Positions 16,183 through 26,600 of a stretch of 32,000 nt of DNA are shown one piece after another; positions within the stretch are counted from its first letter, which is position 1; the number at the start of each line of letters is the position of its first letter. A model generated the notes under the pieces. That model worked only from the letters and a program-made list of their open reading frames with translations. It searched no databases and was not told where the DNA came from. A program made the position numbers and the translations under genes. Origin of the DNA: Methanococcus maripaludis (GTDB lineage Archaea; AGJL01; Methanococci; Methanococcales; Methanococcaceae). Location: the NCBI RefSeq assembly GCF_002945325.1, contig NZ_CP026606.1:750001-782000 (forward strand), written 5' to 3'.

Positions 16183-18495
16183 ATGATCTCTAATTCGAAA
16201 TACGTCGATTTCAAAATAAATATAGTTAAAAGAAGCGGTAATGAAGAAACCTTCAACATTAACAAACTCGTAAAATCACTTTTAAATTCCGGTGTGGATT
16301 ACGAGAATATAGACGAAATATTATCTGAAATTTACGGAAAAGTCTACAATGGAATGTCTACAGATGACTTAAAATCAATCCTTTACACAACATTAAAAGA
16401 ATACGACAAAAAAACGGGCAAAAGTTACTCTAAAAAATATATGTCTGAAAATTGTCTGAAAATCAGGACATCTGAAAAAGAATTTGAACCATTTAATAAA
16501 GAAAAGATTGTAAAAGCTTTAATTCAGGAAGCAGGTGCTGATTTAAAAACTGCAGAAAGAATAGCTACAGAAGTAGAATCAGAAGTTAAAAATTTAAATG
16601 TAACATATCTTACTGCCCCAATGATAAGAGAAATTGTTAATACAAAACTTATTGAACACGGGCTTGAAGAATTCAGGCACAAACACACGAGACTCGGTAT
16701 TCCGGTTTACGATATTGTCAAATTAATCGAAAGAGGATCAAAAGACAATGCAAACCTCATGCACAACCCTGAAAGTATTCATAAATGGGTTGCTGACGAA
16801 ACCATGAAACAGTTTGCACTTTTAAATGTATTCCCAAAATATATAGCAGATTCCCACATGAGAGGGGACATTCACTTACACGATTTAGAATATGCGGCAG
16901 TTAGAACTGTTTGCTGTCAGCACGACCTTAGAAACTTCTTTAAATACGGTTTAAAAGTAGACGGTACTGGAAGGCATACAAGTGTTTCAAAACCTGCAAA
17001 ACACCCGGATGTTGCATTGCAGCATGCTGCAAAGGTTTTGAGTGCGGCACAGTGTGAAATGTCTGGAGGACAGTCAATAGATGAATTTAACATCTGGATT
17101 GCCCCATACATGAGAGGACTTGAATACAGCGAAGTAAGACAGCTCATGCAGTTATTTATCTATGAAATGAACCAGATATATGCTGCAAGGGGAGGCCAGG
17201 TAGTATTCAGTTCAATTAACCTTGAACTGGAAGTTCCAGAATACCTAAAAGGTAAAGATGCAATAAAAGCAGGTCAAGTTGTTGGAGCTTACGAAGAATA
17301 CGATTACGAAGTTAAAATGATTGCAGAAGCGCTTGTAGATGTTTTAATGGATGGGGATGCATACGGAAAACCATTCTTATTCCCTAATGTCATATTCAAA
17401 TTAAGAGAAAATGCATTTAAAGATGAAAATAAAGATTTACTCGTAAAAATACATGAATTAAGCGCTAAATGGGGACTACCGTACTTTATAAACATGTTTG
17501 CAGATTATCAGCATGGAAACACCAATGCAATGGGTTGCAGAACCAGATTAAGCGGTGAATGGGGTAACTCTATTGAAGAAAGTTCCCTTCGAACTGGAAA
17601 CATGCAGTGGTATACAATAAACCTTCCAAGAATTGCTTACGAAGCTGACGGTGATGACGGAAGATTATTCGAGATACTTGACGAAAAATTAGCTATTGCA
17701 AAACAAGCGCTTGAGATAAAACATGAAATTTCTAAAAGAAGACTCTATCACGACAATGTTTTACCATTCTTAACACAGGAATTCGATGGAGAACAGTATT
17801 ACCGGTATGATAGCACCACGAAAACTTTCGGTTTCGTCGGTTTAAACGAACTTTTAAAGTACCATGTAGGAAGCGAACTTCACGAGTCACCAGAAGCACT
17901 TGCCTTTGGTGTAAAAGTAATTTCGCACATTAGAAAATACGCTGATGATTTGAAAAAAGAAACTGGCCTTAGGTGGACTGTAACACAAACTCCTGCTGAA
18001 AGTACTGCTGGAAGATTTGCGAAATTTGACCACAAATACTACCCAGAAGAAACAAAATCCGTGGTAAATGGAAACTTGAATGATTTAAGCAGTATATATT
18101 ACACGAACTCTTCACACGTTAGGGTAAACGCGGACGTTACATTGGGTGAAAAAGTAGGTATTGAAGAAAAATTCCATGAACTTTGTAACGGTGGACACAT
18201 AGGCCATTTCTGGAATGCAGAAGCTTATGCAGACCCTGAGGTTTTAATGGACATTACTAAAAAAATGACAAAAACAGATATTGGTTTTTGGACATACACG
18301 AAAAATTTGAGTATCTGTGAAAAATGCAGTCTTGCAATGAGCGGTTTAAAAGACAATTGTACTGGTTGCGGAAGTGAAAGTGTAGAGAAATTTTCAAGAA
18401 TTACAGGATATTTGCAGAACGTTTCAAACTGGAACAAAGCAAAACAGCAGGAACTACTCGATAGAAAGAGTACACTTCCGGGAAGAAGAATTTAA
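16183..18495 (+). CDS. nrdD: anaerobic ribonucleoside-triphosphate reductase (class III), NrdD
   Basis: 770 aa. It has N-terminal ATP-cone-like segments (VKRSGNEETFNINKLVKSL; IRTSEKEFEPFNKEKIVKAL). It also has a C-terminal Zn ribbon (CEKCS...CTGCGS) and a glycyl-radical motif (FSRITGYLQ). AGGTGG RBS. Confidence 0.95.
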   Translation: MISNSKYVDFKINIVKRSGNEETFNINKLVKSLLNSGVDYENIDEILSEIYGKVYNGMSTDDLKSILYTTLKEYDKKTGKSYSKKYMSENCLKIRTSEKEFEPFNKEKIVKALIQEAGADLKTAERIATEVESEVKNLNVTYLTAPMIREIVNTKLIEHGLEEFRHKHTRLGIPVYDIVKLIERGSKDNANLMHNPESIHKWVADETMKQFALLNVFPKYIADSHMRGDIHLHDLEYAAVRTVCCQHDLRNFFKYGLKVDGTGRHTSVSKPAKHPDVALQHAAKVLSAAQCEMSGGQSIDEFNIWIAPYMRGLEYSEVRQLMQLFIYEMNQIYAARGGQVVFSSINLELEVPEYLKGKDAIKAGQVVGAYEEYDYEVKMIAEALVDVLMDGDAYGKPFLFPNVIFKLRENAFKDENKDLLVKIHELSAKWGLPYFINMFADYQHGNTNAMGCRTRLSGEWGNSIEESSLRTGNMQWYTINLPRIAYEADGDDGRLFEILDEKLAIAKQALEIKHEISKRRLYHDNVLPFLTQEFDGEQYYRYDSTTKTFGFVGLNELLKYHVGSELHESPEALAFGVKVISHIRKYADDLKKETGLRWTVTQTPAESTAGRFAKFDHKYYPEETKSVVNGNLNDLSSIYYTNSSHVRVNADVTLGEKVGIEEKFHELCNGGHIGHFWNAEAYADPEVLMDITKKMTKTDIGFWTYTKNLSICEKCSLAMSGLKDNCTGCGSESVEKFSRITGYLQNVSNWNKAKQQELLDRKSTLPGRRI

Positions 18496-18497
18496 TC

Positions 18498-18543
18498 TTT
18501 TTTAAATATTTTTTATTTTAATTTCATTTTTTGTTCTTTTTTT
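18498..18543 (+). terminator. oligo-T terminator region downstream of nrdD
   Basis: Four T6-T7 runs lie within 46 nt immediately after the nrdD stop. Archaeal termination typically occurs at oligo-T tracts. Confidence 0.45.
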
Positions 18544-18626
18544 AAGTTTTATCATTTAATTTATAAAATTTTAAATACTTTTGAAAATATAATTCCTGAC
18601 TAATTTAAAATAATAAAGGTGTTTTG

Positions 18627-19328
18627 ATGAAAGCTATCTGTGTACTTAGTGGGGGACTTGATTCTGCAGTAACGTCAATGTTTGCAAAATCTAAAAACTA
18701 TGATATCAGTACTGTTACATTTAACTACGGGCAGATGGCACTAAATCAAGAAATAAAATCTGCTAAGAAAATATCAGATATTTTAAATGCTGATCACCAC
18801 GTAATTGATATTAATTTCGTAAAAGAATTCAGTGAAAGCGGATTAAATACGGGAAACATTCCAGAACCTGAAAAAGAAGACCTCGATGATTTTGAAAAAT
18901 CTGAAAAAACCATGAAGGCAGTTTGGGTTCCTGCAAGAAACATGATTATGTTTTCTATTGCATCAGGGTTTGCAGAAGGAATCAGTGCAGAAAAAATATT
19001 CTCAGGATTAAATAAGGAAGAAGGAGTAACTTTTCCAGACAACACAACTGAATTCATTGAAAGATTTAATAAAAGCCTTGAATATGGTACATTAAATAAA
19101 GTTAAGATGGTTGCACCATTATATGAATTAAATAAACCTGAAATTGCAAAATTAGGAAAAGAACTCGAATTAAAACTTGATTTAGAAGTTATAAAATACA
19201 GCTATTCATGCTACAAAGATAATGGTAAAGATTATCTACATTGTGGAACTTGCGAAAGCTGTATGAGAAGAAAAAGAGCATTTAAAGAAGCAGGAATAAT
19301 TGATCCAACGAAATACCTCGTTGAATAG
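18627..19328 (+). CDS. queC: 7-cyano-7-deazaguanine synthase QueC
   Basis: PP-loop AICVLSGGLDS and the C-terminal Zn cysteine cluster CYKD...HCGTCESCMRRKRAF. ATG at 18627 after AAGGTG. Confidence 0.9.
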   Translation: MKAICVLSGGLDSAVTSMFAKSKNYDISTVTFNYGQMALNQEIKSAKKISDILNADHHVIDINFVKEFSESGLNTGNIPEPEKEDLDDFEKSEKTMKAVWVPARNMIMFSIASGFAEGISAEKIFSGLNKEEGVTFPDNTTEFIERFNKSLEYGTLNKVKMVAPLYELNKPEIAKLGKELELKLDLEVIKYSYSCYKDNGKDYLHCGTCESCMRRKRAFKEAGIIDPTKYLVE

Positions 19329-19343
19329 TGAAATAGTGAAAAA

Positions 19344-20348
19344 ATGATTGTAATTCCAAGATATACGATAATTAAGGAAAAAGCATCTTTTAGGATACAA
19401 GAAATCCTTGATAATCTTAATTTAAAAAATCCCCTCGTAATTACTGGCAAAAACACTCAAAAATATAATAAAGACTTTGAGTTTATATACTACAACGAAG
19501 TTGAAACTTCAGATTTAGAAAATATTAAAAATTATGCAAATGACTACGATTCCATCATAGGAATAGGTGGCGGAAGACCTATAGACATAGGAAAATTGAT
19601 TGCGCACAAATCCAAAAAGCCTTTCTTGAGCGTTCCAACAACTGCGTCAAACGACGGGATTGCATCCCCAATCGTTTCATTAACACAGCCTTCATATATG
19701 ACAGAAGCCCCTATTGCAATAATTGCAGATATTGATATTATAAAAAAATCTCCGAAAAAACTTCTTTCCGCAGGTATGGGCGATATAGTGTCAAATATCA
19801 CCGCGGTTTTAGACTGGGAACTTGGAAAAATTGAAAAATCTGAAAAATATAGTGATAGCTCAGGTATTTTTTCTAAAACTATTGCTATTGAACTTATGGA
19901 TTATGTTTTAAATTCAAATTTAGAAGAATATCCAAAAAAACTCGTAAAAGCACTCATTGGAAGTGGAATTTCAATTGCAATTGCTCATTCGTCAAGACCT
20001 GCTTCAGGAAGTGAACATTTATTTTCACATGCCCTCGACACCATGAAAGAAAAATATGGCATCGATACAAATTCGCTACACGGAGAACAGTGTGGAGTTG
20101 GAACGTTAGCAATTGCTCAAATTTACCTTGAAGAAGGAAAAATTGGAAATGAAAATTTTGAAATGCTTAAAAATTCATTAAAAATAGTTGATGCTCCAGT
20201 TACTGCAAAACAGCTCGGTTTTGATGAAGAAATTGTAATTGAAGCACTTTCTTCTGCGCATGCTTTAAGAAACAGGCATACAATTTTAAGAAAAGGAATT
20301 TCAAAAGAAAAAGCGAGAGAAATTCTTGAAAAATCTGAAATTATTTAA
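19344..20348 (+). CDS. egsA: glycerol-1-phosphate dehydrogenase [NAD(P)+] EgsA
   Basis: 334 aa. Motifs [28 protein letters not shown] and HGEQCGVGT, in an iron-ADH-like fold typical of archaeal G1P dehydrogenase. Confidence 0.9.
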   Translation: MIVIPRYTIIKEKASFRIQEILDNLNLKNPLVITGKNTQKYNKDFEFIYYNEVETSDLENIKNYANDYDSIIGIGGGRPIDIGKLIAHKSKKPFLSVPTTASNDGIASPIVSLTQPSYMTEAPIAIIADIDIIKKSPKKLLSAGMGDIVSNITAVLDWELGKIEKSEKYSDSSGIFSKTIAIELMDYVLNSNLEEYPKKLVKALIGSGISIAIAHSSRPASGSEHLFSHALDTMKEKYGIDTNSLHGEQCGVGTLAIAQIYLEEGKIGNENFEMLKNSLKIVDAPVTAKQLGFDEEIVIEALSSAHALRNRHTILRKGISKEKAREILEKSEII

Positions 20349-20395
20349 TTTATTTTAATCATTTGCTATTTTTAAAATTAAAAAAGAAGAAAATT

Positions 20396-21679
20396 TTACA
20401 ATTTTTTCATTGCAATATCGATTGCATTCATTGTTTTTTCTAAAACTTCGTCGTTGTGTTTTATAGATGTAAAACAGCATTCAAATTGGGATGGAGCTAC
20501 AAATACACCGTTTTCTAAAAGCGTGTAGAAATATTTCATGAATTTTTCAGTGTCGCTTGATTTTGCATCTTCATAAGTTACAATTTCTTTTTCATTGAAA
20601 TAAATCTGGAATATCGAAGCTACATTGTAAACTTTTGCTGGAATATTGTATTTTTCAGCAGTTTCTCTCAAGCAATTTGATAAAATACCTGCTTTTTTAG
20701 TTGTTTCTTTGTAGAATTTATCATCAAGATTTTTAAGAGTTTCAATTCCTGCGGTAACTGAAATCGGGTTTCCGTTAAATGTTCCTGCCTGATAAATCTG
20801 TCCATTTGGTGAAAACTGTTCCATATATTCTTTTTTACCAGTTATTGCACCAATTGGAAATCCCCCGCCGAGAATTTTACCAACAGTTGCAAGATCTGAT
20901 TTTATTCCGTAGTATTCCTGAGCTCCACCTTTTGAAAGTCTGAAACCCGTAATTACTTCATCAAATATTAAAAGTATTCCATTTTCTTCGGTAATTTCCC
21001 TTAAAAATTGTAAATATCCTTCTTTTGGAGGAATACAACCGACATTTCCCATTACAGGTTCAAGGATGATACATGCAATTTCATCTTTGTTTTCAGAAAT
21101 TACTTTTTTTACTGCATCTTCGTCATTAAATGGAATTAAAAGCGTGTTTTTTGTAGTATCTTCAGGAATTCCGGGTGAATTTGGAGCACCGTGTGTTAAA
21201 GCACCGCTACCGGTTTTTACAAGTACGTAATCGTGAGCACCGTGGAATGCACCTTCAAATTTGATGATTTTATTTCTTTTAGTAACTCCCCTTGCAAGCC
21301 TTATTGCACCCATGGTAGCTTCTGTTCCAGAATTTACAAATCTAACCATTTCTGCACAAGGAATCCTATTTATTACTTCTTTTGCGAGAATAATTTCTTT
21401 TTCACTTGGAACCCCGTAAGCAGTTCCTAAATCCATCTGTGATTTTACGGCGTTTAATATATTTTCGTTCGCATGGCCCAAAACCATTGGCCCGTATGCT
21501 AAACAGTAATCAATAAATTCGTTTCCGTCTTCGTCGTACAAAAAGCAGTCTTTTGCAGATTTTACAAAAAATGGAAATGGCTTAAATAACCTTACAGGGC
21601 TGTTAACCCCTCCAACAAGGTATTTTTTTGATTCTTCAAATAGTTCTTTTGATCTATCCATTTTGATGTTCAATTCCAC
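20396..21679 (-). CDS. hemL: glutamate-1-semialdehyde 2,1-aminomutase HemL
   Basis: 427 aa class III aminotransferase. Motifs [26 protein letters not shown], the PLP-lysine context [12 protein letters not shown] and AGTFNGNP. Confidence 0.95.
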   Translation of the reverse strand: MELNIKMDRSKELFEESKKYLVGGVNSPVRLFKPFPFFVKSAKDCFLYDEDGNEFIDYCLAYGPMVLGHANENILNAVKSQMDLGTAYGVPSEKEIILAKEVINRIPCAEMVRFVNSGTEATMGAIRLARGVTKRNKIIKFEGAFHGAHDYVLVKTGSGALTHGAPNSPGIPEDTTKNTLLIPFNDEDAVKKVISENKDEIACIILEPVMGNVGCIPPKEGYLQFLREITEENGILLIFDEVITGFRLSKGGAQEYYGIKSDLATVGKILGGGFPIGAITGKKEYMEQFSPNGQIYQAGTFNGNPISVTAGIETLKNLDDKFYKETTKKAGILSNCLRETAEKYNIPAKVYNVASIFQIYFNEKEIVTYEDAKSSDTEKFMKYFYTLLENGVFVAPSQFECCFTSIKHNDEVLEKTMNAIDIAMKKL

Positions 21680-21688
21680 AAAACCACC

Positions 21689-21967
21689 TTAGTAAAAGAC
21701 TCCGTTGTATGTCATTATCCAGAATACTAACCAGATGAAGAAAAATGGAACTACTCCGCTTCCCATCCATTCTTTCTGGTTCATGCTTTCTCTTCCAAAT
21801 ATCATTGAAGCTAAATTTCCAGTAATAACTAATGTGATTAACATGAATACAAACGATGCAACACCACTAAACATTCCTAAACCAAACGTGTAAACGTAGT
21901 TTGTAAGGTATCCAAATGCTGCACCAAATATTGCATGAAAAATTGAAACTTTTGCGTCTAATTTCAT
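21689..21967 (-). CDS. small integral membrane protein, unknown function
   Basis: 92 aa with three predicted hydrophobic helices, packed between the neighbouring genes on the same strand. Confidence 0.6.
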   Translation of the reverse strand: MKLDAKVSIFHAIFGAAFGYLTNYVYTFGLGMFSGVASFVFMLITLVITGNLASMIFGRESMNQKEWMGSGVVPFFFIWLVFWIMTYNGVFY

Positions 21968-21976
21968 AAATTACAC

Positions 21977-22216
21977 CTATTCTTTTGATATATCGGATAA
22001 AACATAAGATTTAATCTTTTCTTTTGGTCTTTTGCTATTCGTATATGTATAATCTAAAATTACATCTACTTCATCATTTACATAAAAATTACGGTTAATA
22101 AGTACTCGGTCATTAATATCTAGTAAAAAAGCAAACTTTCGCTTTGTTTTTAGCGACCCTTTGTCTATTAATAACTCTTCTTCTTTGAAAACAGGTTTAA
22201 TCATTGAATAATGCAT
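21977..22216 (-). CDS. small hypothetical protein
   Basis: 79-aa ORF (or from the internal ATG giving MIKPVFKEE). It is co-directional and tightly spaced with the downstream membrane protein. No recognisable motif. Confidence 0.45.
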   Translation of the reverse strand: MHYSMIKPVFKEEELLIDKGSLKTKRKFAFLLDINDRVLINRNFYVNDEVDVILDYTYTNSKRPKEKIKSYVLSDISKE

Positions 22217-22294
22217 AGTACCCCAAAATAAAAAAATTATTTTAAATATGATTGGTACTTATCATATTTATTTCTTAGTTTTTTCTTAGATTTT

Positions 22295-23773
22295 CTATTT
22301 CATTTCAGAAACTGCCCTGTCAAACTCTTCTTGAATTTCTAATGACGGTTCTTTATCCATTAAACTTACAACGGTAATCATTACTGATGCAAGCAAAAAT
22401 GCCGGAACAATTTCATAAAGGTCGAAAATTCCACCGCTCAAGTTTTTCCAGAGAATTACCATAAATCCACCAGATAACAGTCCTGCAAGAGCACCATTTC
22501 TTGTCATTCTCTTCCAGTACAGTGAAAGCAATATTACTGGACCAAATGCGCCACCAAATCCTGCCCATGCGTATGAAACTAGACCCATAACGCTGCTTCC
22601 AGGAACTATTGCAAAGTAATAAGCTATTGCCGCCACAACAATTACCGCAAACCTGCTTATCCATAAAAGCTCTTTTTGACTTGCATTTTTATTTAATAAT
22701 GCATAAATATCTTCAGTAATTGCTGAAGCAGTCACTAAAAGCTGTGAATCTGCAGTACTCATGATAGCTGCTAAAACACCTGCCAAAAATAACCCTGCAA
22801 TAAGACTTGGGAATAACCCTTGTGCCATTGCCATGAATACATGCTCCGGATCATCAAGTGGTGCTCCAAGAGCCACTGCACCGACCATTCCAACAAGTAC
22901 TGCCATAAAAAGGCTGATTACAACCCAAGTGGTTGCAATTTTTCTTGCTTTTGGAACTTTATCAGCTGATTTGATTGCCATAAACCTTACAAGGATGTGC
23001 GGCATTCCAAAGTATCCTAGACCCCATGCAAGAGCTGATGCAAGTCCCATTATACCTAAGGATTCCCCATCTAGGTTGGTAAATGGATTTAGGTAATCTG
23101 GACTTATTGAATTCCATGCATTCATTGTAGCATCAATTCCACCCACCTGTGAAATCCCCATGATAGGAATTAAAAATATCGCAATAAACATGAGGGAACC
23201 TTGTATAAAGTCAGTCCAGCTAACTGCAAGGAAACCGCCGAGGAAAGTATAACCAATAATTACTAAAGCACCTATTGTAACTGCGAGAGTATAATCTACA
23301 CCAAATACAAGATTGAACAACTTTCCGCCTGCAACTAATCCTGAAGACGTGTACAATAAGAAGAATAGCATAATAAAAAACGCTGAAACAATTCTTAACA
23401 ATTTAGACTGATCCCTAAACCTATTTTCTAAGTAAACGGGTATTGTAATAGAATCTTTTGCAATTTCTGTGTATCTTCTAAGCCTTTCTGCAACGAACTT
23501 CCAGTTTAGGTAAGTTCCGATTGCAAGACCAACTCCAATCCATATTTCACTCATTCCTGAAAGATATGCAACGCCAGGAAGGCCCATAAGAAGCCAACCG
23601 CTCATGTCTGAAGCTTGCGCACTTAACGCTGCAACCCAACTATTTAATTTTCTGCCACCAAGCACATAATCGCTTATCGTTTCGTTTCGCCTGTAAAAAT
23701 ACATACCTACGCCCATTACCACGAGCAAATAGAGTATGAATACCAAAACGATACTCAAATTTTCTGATATCAT
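22295..23773 (-). CDS. putP: sodium/proline symporter (SSF family), PutP-like
   Basis: 492 aa and polytopic. The block LGGRKLNSWVAALSAQASDMSGWLLMGLPG closely parallels the conserved PutP N-terminal signature. Confidence 0.85.
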   Translation of the reverse strand: MISENLSIVLVFILYLLVVMGVGMYFYRRNETISDYVLGGRKLNSWVAALSAQASDMSGWLLMGLPGVAYLSGMSEIWIGVGLAIGTYLNWKFVAERLRRYTEIAKDSITIPVYLENRFRDQSKLLRIVSAFFIMLFFLLYTSSGLVAGGKLFNLVFGVDYTLAVTIGALVIIGYTFLGGFLAVSWTDFIQGSLMFIAIFLIPIMGISQVGGIDATMNAWNSISPDYLNPFTNLDGESLGIMGLASALAWGLGYFGMPHILVRFMAIKSADKVPKARKIATTWVVISLFMAVLVGMVGAVALGAPLDDPEHVFMAMAQGLFPSLIAGLFLAGVLAAIMSTADSQLLVTASAITEDIYALLNKNASQKELLWISRFAVIVVAAIAYYFAIVPGSSVMGLVSYAWAGFGGAFGPVILLSLYWKRMTRNGALAGLLSGGFMVILWKNLSGGIFDLYEIVPAFLLASVMITVVSLMDKEPSLEIQEEFDRAVSEMK

Positions 23774-23970
23774 AACTTCAACTCCATTGGAAAATCACAC
23801 CGCAATGTGAAAATCCCATTTGGTAATACTCAAACAAATATCTTGATAATAATATATACAAATTTTGAATACGTTTTTGAGTTGGCAGTTAAAATTACTT
23901 AAAAAATTTGGGAAAAATCATCTAAAAGTCTCTAAAAATTACGAAATTGAATAAAAATTATTAAAAAAAG

Positions 23971-25440
23971 TTATTTTTTATTGAATATGTAGTCAAGGTG
24001 TTCACTTTCAAATGGTTTTGTAATGAGACTTACTGCCATTACAACAAATATCGGTGCAATCATTGCTAAAGAACCAACTGCAGGCATATAAACGCTGTTT
24101 ATTCCAAAGTAATATGCTCCTCCAAACATTATTACGAGAGCAGATGTGATTCCTGCCCATACTCCTTGTTTTGTAGTTCTTTTCCAGTATAATCCTAAAA
24201 AATATGGGGCTAAAAGACATCCTGATACCAAACCCCATGAAAGAGCCATTAATGATAGAACATAGCTGTTTGGAACTATTGCAAGTATGAACGATAATAC
24301 AACAAATAAAACGCACAACAATCTCATCAATATCATCGTGTTTCTATCTGATAAGTCAGTTTTTAATCTTCCTTTTACAAAGTCTATTGAAACAACGGAA
24401 CTTGAAGCGAGCACGAGTGATGCTAAAGTAGACATTGAAGCTGAAATTACAAGTACGAGAATTAATGCTGCAACCCAGTCAGGAAGTGCAATTTCCATTA
24501 TTTTTGGAACTATCATATCAGGACTTGTTAAGCCTGCTGCAGCTTTTGAAGCGCTATCTGGGTAGAAAACCCTACTTACAGTTCCAATATATGCTGCACC
24601 AAATGTAATGATAAATGCAAATGCTGTTGAAACCCATTTTGCAGAAACTGCTGCTTTTTCACTTTTTATCGTGTAAAATTTATGTATCATCTGCGGAAGG
24701 CCCCAGCTGCCGATACTCGTGAGTAATGCAAGACCCATTATCGGAATAAAGCTTGCTTCATTTATTGGGGTTACCAGCATTGGATCTATTGAACTTAAAT
24801 TCGACAGCATTCCAAAAAACCCGCCAACTTCAGGGTTGCTGCCTAAAAAGAATACCATTAAAAGTACCCCAATTACCATGATGCACCCTTGAACGAAGTC
24901 TGCAAGTGTTGCCGCGATAAATCCTCCGAAATACAAGTAGATCGCAGTTAATGCCGCCATTAAAATATACGCATTCATTGGAGATATTCCAAATCCTTCA
25001 AATAAGAAATTTAAACCTTTATAAATAGATGCAGAATACGGAACTAAGAAGAAAAAGATGATAAACGCAGTTAGTGATTCTAAATTCTTGCTTTTATACC
25101 TTTTTTCTAAAAAACTAGGCATTGTTGATGCACCCAATCGTTGCGTCATTTCTCTTGTTTTTTTACCAAGAACCTGCCATGCTAAAAAACTTCCAATAAT
25201 CGTATTTCCAACAACTATCCACATTGTCGGGATTCCAAAACTCCAACCCATTTTTCCAGCAAATCCTATAAAAATAACCGCTGAAAAATAAGCTGTACCG
25301 TATGAAAACGCAGACATCCACGGGTTTACGTTTCGCCCCCCGAGTAAAAAGTCAGAAACCCCTTTGATTCTTTTTTTCGTTATGGTAGCTATTCCTATAA
25401 TCATAGCAATATAAACCGCCAAAAACACGTAGTGCCACAT
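23971..25440 (-). CDS. sodium:solute symporter family transporter (PanF/other SSF-like), substrate unknown
   Basis: Polytopic. FLLGGRNVNPWMSAFSYGTAYFSAVIFIGFAGK and the overall SSF layout. The ATG at 25440 has GAGGT 6 nt upstream (the ORF track starts at 25467). Confidence 0.8.
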   Translation of the reverse strand: MWHYVFLAVYIAMIIGIATITKKRIKGVSDFLLGGRNVNPWMSAFSYGTAYFSAVIFIGFAGKMGWSFGIPTMWIVVGNTIIGSFLAWQVLGKKTREMTQRLGASTMPSFLEKRYKSKNLESLTAFIIFFFLVPYSASIYKGLNFLFEGFGISPMNAYILMAALTAIYLYFGGFIAATLADFVQGCIMVIGVLLMVFFLGSNPEVGGFFGMLSNLSSIDPMLVTPINEASFIPIMGLALLTSIGSWGLPQMIHKFYTIKSEKAAVSAKWVSTAFAFIITFGAAYIGTVSRVFYPDSASKAAAGLTSPDMIVPKIMEIALPDWVAALILVLVISASMSTLASLVLASSSVVSIDFVKGRLKTDLSDRNTMILMRLLCVLFVVLSFILAIVPNSYVLSLMALSWGLVSGCLLAPYFLGLYWKRTTKQGVWAGITSALVIMFGGAYYFGINSVYMPAVGSLAMIAPIFVVMAVSLITKPFESEHLDYIFNKK

Positions 25441-25586
25441 AATTAACCTCAAAAACTTTGATAACATTTGAAAAAATAGTTAAAATTCAACAATATAATT
25501 CCTATTTTATGGCATTTTTATTTATATTTATCTAATTTTTGAGAAAAGAGTAAAAAATGTATAAAATTTTAAAATATTTAAAATAA

Positions 25587-26510
25587 TTAATTTGAATAGT
25601 ATTTTTCAAGCGGAGGAACTACCTGTTTCTTTCTTGACATCAGTCCATCAATAAATACACTTTTTCCATCCAATTTAAGTTTAAATGCAGTTTCAAAAGC
25701 TGATTTGTTTCCTGCAACTAAAACTTCACTTCCTTCTCTCATGATGTCAGTTACAAGGAATAATACCATATCATATCCTTCTTTTTCAATCATTTCGTCG
25801 ATTAAATTTTGAATTGCTTCTTTTTTAGATGCAACTTCGGACATGTCGATTACTTCGGCTTGGCCGATACCTACCTTTTTACCGCCCATGTCAAATGGTT
25901 TATAATCGATGTGTAAAATTTCTTCTGGAGTCATTTTACCAACAGTTGATTTTGCAGTCAGCATTTCCATTCCGTATGCAGTAATGTCTGAAATTTCTGC
26001 AATTTCTGCTAATTTTCCTGCGAGTTCCTTATCAAGTTGTGTTGCTGTAGGCGATTTGAAGAGTAATGTATCTGAAAGGATTGCTGAAAGTAAAACTCCT
26101 GCAATGTCTGCTTTTAATTCCTTATTTTTTCCGCCGATAATGTCGAGTATTCCTCTAAAGTAAAGTTCTGAAATTACACTTGCAGTTGATCCAACAGGTT
26201 TTGAGAGGTAAATAATTGGTTCAGTTGTTGAAATACCGATTTTGTGGTGGTCAATAATTCCAATTAATTTTCCTTTATCAAAATCATCGAGGTTTTGTGA
26301 TTTTTCTGCATGATCTACCAAAAATAATTCTTTTCCTTCCGCAGTTTTAATTAATTCGGGTTCCATTAATCCAAATCTCTTTAAAATAAACTGTGATTCC
26401 GGATTTAATTCACCAAGTCTTGCAGGAAATGCATCTAAAAAATATGCAAGTGCTATTGCAGAACAAATGCTATCTGAATCAGGATTTTTGTGGCCTACAA
26501 CGTACATCAT
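25587..26510 (-). CDS. ppaC: manganese-dependent inorganic pyrophosphatase (family II, DHH/DHHA2)
   Basis: 307 aa. Motifs VVGHKNPDSDSICSA, LVDHAE, IIDHHK, SAILSDTLLFKSPT and C-terminal SRKKQVVP. GGTGA RBS 5 nt upstream. Confidence 0.95.
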   Translation of the reverse strand: MMYVVGHKNPDSDSICSAIALAYFLDAFPARLGELNPESQFILKRFGLMEPELIKTAEGKELFLVDHAEKSQNLDDFDKGKLIGIIDHHKIGISTTEPIIYLSKPVGSTASVISELYFRGILDIIGGKNKELKADIAGVLLSAILSDTLLFKSPTATQLDKELAGKLAEIAEISDITAYGMEMLTAKSTVGKMTPEEILHIDYKPFDMGGKKVGIGQAEVIDMSEVASKKEAIQNLIDEMIEKEGYDMVLFLVTDIMREGSEVLVAGNKSAFETAFKLKLDGKSVFIDGLMSRKKQVVPPLEKYYSN

Positions 26511-26569
26511 CTATATCACCAAAAATGAAAAAATTAATGATTTTTATATTATTTAAGCCGGGAAAGACT

Positions 26570-26577
26570 ATAAATAC
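26570..26577 (+). promoter_or_regulatory. TATA-like box (TATAAATA) with purine-rich upstream element, candidate promoter of the H/ACA-like sRNA
   Basis: GGAAAGAC-TATAAATA lies about 25-30 nt upstream of the first hairpin (26601). This spacing fits the usual archaeal TATA-to-start distance. Confidence 0.3.
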
Positions 26578-26600
26578 ATAATGATACTTATTAATAACAT

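Noticed and set aside
95-19801. Antisense or shadow ORFs in the track that overlap well-supported genes
   Set aside because: Examples are 95-304, 1683-1952, 2737-3087, 3029-3376, 4547-4837, 6860-7144, 9891-10202, 12062-12301, 13033-13338, 14030-14287, 14362-14667, 16917-17147, 17304-17495, 18225-18437, 18794-19057, 19232-19456 and 19544-19801. Each lies opposite or out of frame to a gene with clear family motifs. Their translations are low-complexity or Cys/Ser/Phe-rich, as expected for reverse frames in AT-rich DNA, and none has an RBS.
22217-22294. GTACC...GGTAC short inverted repeat in the gap upstream of the 79-aa ORF
   Set aside because: The arms are only 5 bp, separated by about 30 nt of A/T. 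This is expected by chance in AT-rich intergenic DNA.
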